From contig PRDI01000064.1 in the NCBI GenBank assembly GCA_003345595.1, positions 1 through 57,530 on the forward strand: a stretch of DNA of 57,530 bases, written 5' to 3'. Of the stretch, positions 55,791-57,530 are shown piece after piece. Both the position numbers and the translations under genes were made by a program. This DNA is from Candidatus Thorarchaeota archaeon. GTDB lineage: Archaea > Asgardarchaeota > Thorarchaeia > Thorarchaeales > Thorarchaeaceae. The notes under the pieces were generated by a model, which saw only the letters and a program-made list of their open reading frames with translations, ran no database searches and had not been told where the DNA came from. Position 1 is the first letter of the stretch; the number at the start of each line of letters is the position of its first letter.

Positions 55791-57530
55791 TCAGCGATTG
55801 TAGGGATAGCATGGCTTCACCATTAACCCCATGAGGGCTGTCCTCAGCTGGTCATCAGACACGAATCCTGAAACCTGGTGATCCCCACAGAGCCTGATTA
55901 AAGGGACGACTGGTACATCATTCTCAGAAACACTAACAGAGGGGTCATCTACGTTGACAACCTCTACGCTCCGAGACGGAAGGCCAAACTCTTGGACCAG
56001 CCCCATCAGTATCTCAAAGGCTGGTTCACAAAAGAGGCAGTGATTGGACTTGTAGAACGTTATGCAAGAGTTCTTGCCGCAGGGCAGGTCCAAGGGTTCT
56101 CTCCAAGACGGGACTACCACAACGAACCGAGCCCCCTCCGAAGCCCTGCCTTTAACACGGTCTTCAACCCAGACTTTCCCACCTAGCTGTTTCGTAATGG
56201 CGTCAGCGACCGTGAGACCCAGCCCTCGACCTACTATCTGAATGGTAGGACTCCCGGTGCGCTTGAAGATGAATTCCTTTAGAGAGTCAGGGATCCCCGG
56301 GCCTTTGTCCAAGAACTCGAATCTTACGCTATCACCATGGTCGCTTTCTTCACATTGTACTTCGACCTCTATGTCATCCCTCTCATCATGCATTGCGGAA
56401 TTGTGGACGATGTTGAAGAAGACAAGGTCGAAGTACGTATGTGCCGCGACGTAGAACTCACCCGGCTTCAGGTCACTTCGAAGAGTAATCTGTTTCCATG
56501 GGAAGTCCTGTCGAACCGAGCTGATTGCTCTCTGCAATGAACCAAAGGGATCAGTTTTCTCCTTTATGGGGGGGTTCTCATGCACTGCCATCAGCAATCG
56601 AAGGTTAGCTACCATCCTGGCAGCGCGTTTCACATTCCATGTACTCTGTGTTACGAGAGGCCTGAGGTCACCGGGAAAGTCTGGCGACGCTTCGATGAGC
56701 CCCAGAGTGAAGAGAAGGGTCTGGTTGCAGTTGTTCAGATCGTGGGTCATGACCTCAAGATAGAGATTCGCGCGTTCCCTCTCGATGCTTTCTTGCTCCT
56801 CTGCTTCCTTCCTGTGAGTAATATCGATGACCATGAGAGCAATAGTGGTGGACTTGTCATCCTCAGGCAGTACACTGGAACTGATGCTTACCCATACGCT
56901 CTCCCCGTCTGCGTTTCGCAGCCTCATTTCCCTGTCCTTAATACTGTGACCTTCCAGCACCTCTGATATGAGCTGCCTTGCGGTGTCTGTGTCGGTTGGG
57001 TCACTCGGCAGAAACGAAGTGATGCCTCGACGTAGCAGCTCATTCTCAGGGTAGCCTAGGAGTCTCTCAGCGGCGCTGTTTACTCCTTGGATGATGCCAC
57101 GGGGACTCAGAGTGAAATATGCGATAGGTGACGACTCGTACAGCTTCTTGTACCGAATCTCAGACTGCTCCACAGCCGCCTCTAGCTCAAGCTGTTGGTC
57201 AATGTTTCTGGCAACAACAACAATCGCGGGTCTACCATCGAAGATGAAGTCTGCAGTGCTGACCTCGACGTTGAGTGGAGCGTTCTTTCCAGTGAGGAAA
57301 CGGGCTCGAAAGCTTGAACGACTCTGCTCACCGAAGGCGAATCCCTCTTGCTTCTCTTGGAACAGATGTGTCGCGACAGGATCCAGAACGGACTCAAATG
57401 CGGCCCCAACGAGGTCAGACTCGTTATATTCGAGCATCTTTGCTAAGGCAGGATTGATCATTACTATTCTGCTGTCTTGCACTACAACGATCCCGTCGTT
57501 GGCCATGTGAATAATATCGTAGTACCTACT
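55791..57530 (-). CDS. Sensor histidine kinase (PAS, PAS, DHp, HATPase_c) fused to a C-terminal thioredoxin-like CxxC domain. The N-terminus lies outside the window.
   Basis: Two PAS cores (DGIVVVQDSRIVMINPALAKMLEY, SPIAYFTLSPRGIIQGVNSAAERLLGY). A phospho-acceptor His in VMTHDLNN, G1/G2 boxes (DKGPGI, GRGLGLTVAD), and a tail with a CLFC redox motif. The frame stays open to the window end. Confidence 0.8.
   Translation of the reverse strand, partial: SRYYDIIHMANDGIVVVQDSRIVMINPALAKMLEYNESDLVGAAFESVLDPVATHLFQEKQEGFAFGEQSRSSFRARFLTGKNAPLNVEVSTADFIFDGRPAIVVVARNIDQQLELEAAVEQSEIRYKKLYESSPIAYFTLSPRGIIQGVNSAAERLLGYPENELLRRGITSFLPSDPTDTDTARQLISEVLEGHSIKDREMRLRNADGESVWVSISSSVLPEDDKSTTIALMVIDITHRKEAEEQESIERERANLYLEVMTHDLNNCNQTLLFTLGLIEASPDFPGDLRPLVTQSTWNVKRAARMVANLRLLMAVHENPPIKEKTDPFGSLQRAISSVRQDFPWKQITLRSDLKPGEFYVAAHTYFDLVFFNIVHNSAMHDERDDIEVEVQCEESDHGDSVRFEFLDKGPGIPDSLKEFIFKRTGSPTIQIVGRGLGLTVADAITKQLGGKVWVEDRVKGRASEGARFVVVVPSWREPLDLPCGKNSCITFYKSNHCLFCEPAFEILMGLVQEFGLPSRSVEVVNVDDPSVSVSENDVPVVPLIRLCGDHQVSGFVSDDQLRTALMGLMVKPCYPYNR

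Overview
This 57.5-kb window reads as archaeal chromosomal DNA with roughly 50% GC, dense coding on both strands, and no rRNA, tRNA, CRISPR array, transposase or integrase that I could find. The family mix suggests an Asgard-type (Thorarchaeota-like) archaeon: a candidate 117-aa gelsolin-fold protein, a leucine-rich-repeat protein, 4-hydroxybutyryl-CoA dehydratase, a DUF106/EMC3-like insertase, an F420 gamma-glutamyl ligase, an LVIVD beta-propeller surface protein, flotillin with NfeD, and TusA with DsrE. This placement is inference only. Confident housekeeping or metabolic calls are a P-type cation ATPase, adenine deaminase, an MtaD-like amidohydrolase, an amidohydrolase-2 enzyme, SpeA-type arginine decarboxylase, an ACC-deaminase/D-cysteine-desulfhydrase-family PLP enzyme, an SGNH hydrolase, a SAM methyltransferase, a GNAT protein, an ArsB/NhaD-type permease and a GH94-like glycoside phosphorylase. 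The most unusual stretch is a co-directional plus-strand block at about 43.8-52.5 kb. It holds (a) an NfeD-like membrane protein interrupted by about 20 near-perfect 12-bp repeats encoding (Asp-His-Asp-Ile/Val)n, (b) a flotillin/SPFH protein, (c) a beta-propeller, zinc-ribbon, tandem winged-helix protein, and (d) two tandem paralogous dCache-type membrane sensors. One sensor ends in HAMP only; the other carries TPR repeats and a C-terminal von Willebrand A domain with an intact MIDAS motif, an output architecture I do not recognise as described. Other points worth follow-up are a MoxR/CbbQ-type AAA+ ATPase translationally coupled to an 847-aa protein with a C-terminal vWA domain, apparently in an operon with the PLP enzyme. 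There is also a tandem pair of zinc-ribbon/B-box-like polytopic membrane proteins with permuted domain order. Two tandem 231-aa surface-protein paralogues keep conserved upstream DNA and conserved signal-peptide and C-terminal-anchor ends around a diverged core. A PAS histidine kinase is fused to a CxxC thioredoxin-like tail. All calls rest on reading motifs by eye; no database search was possible.
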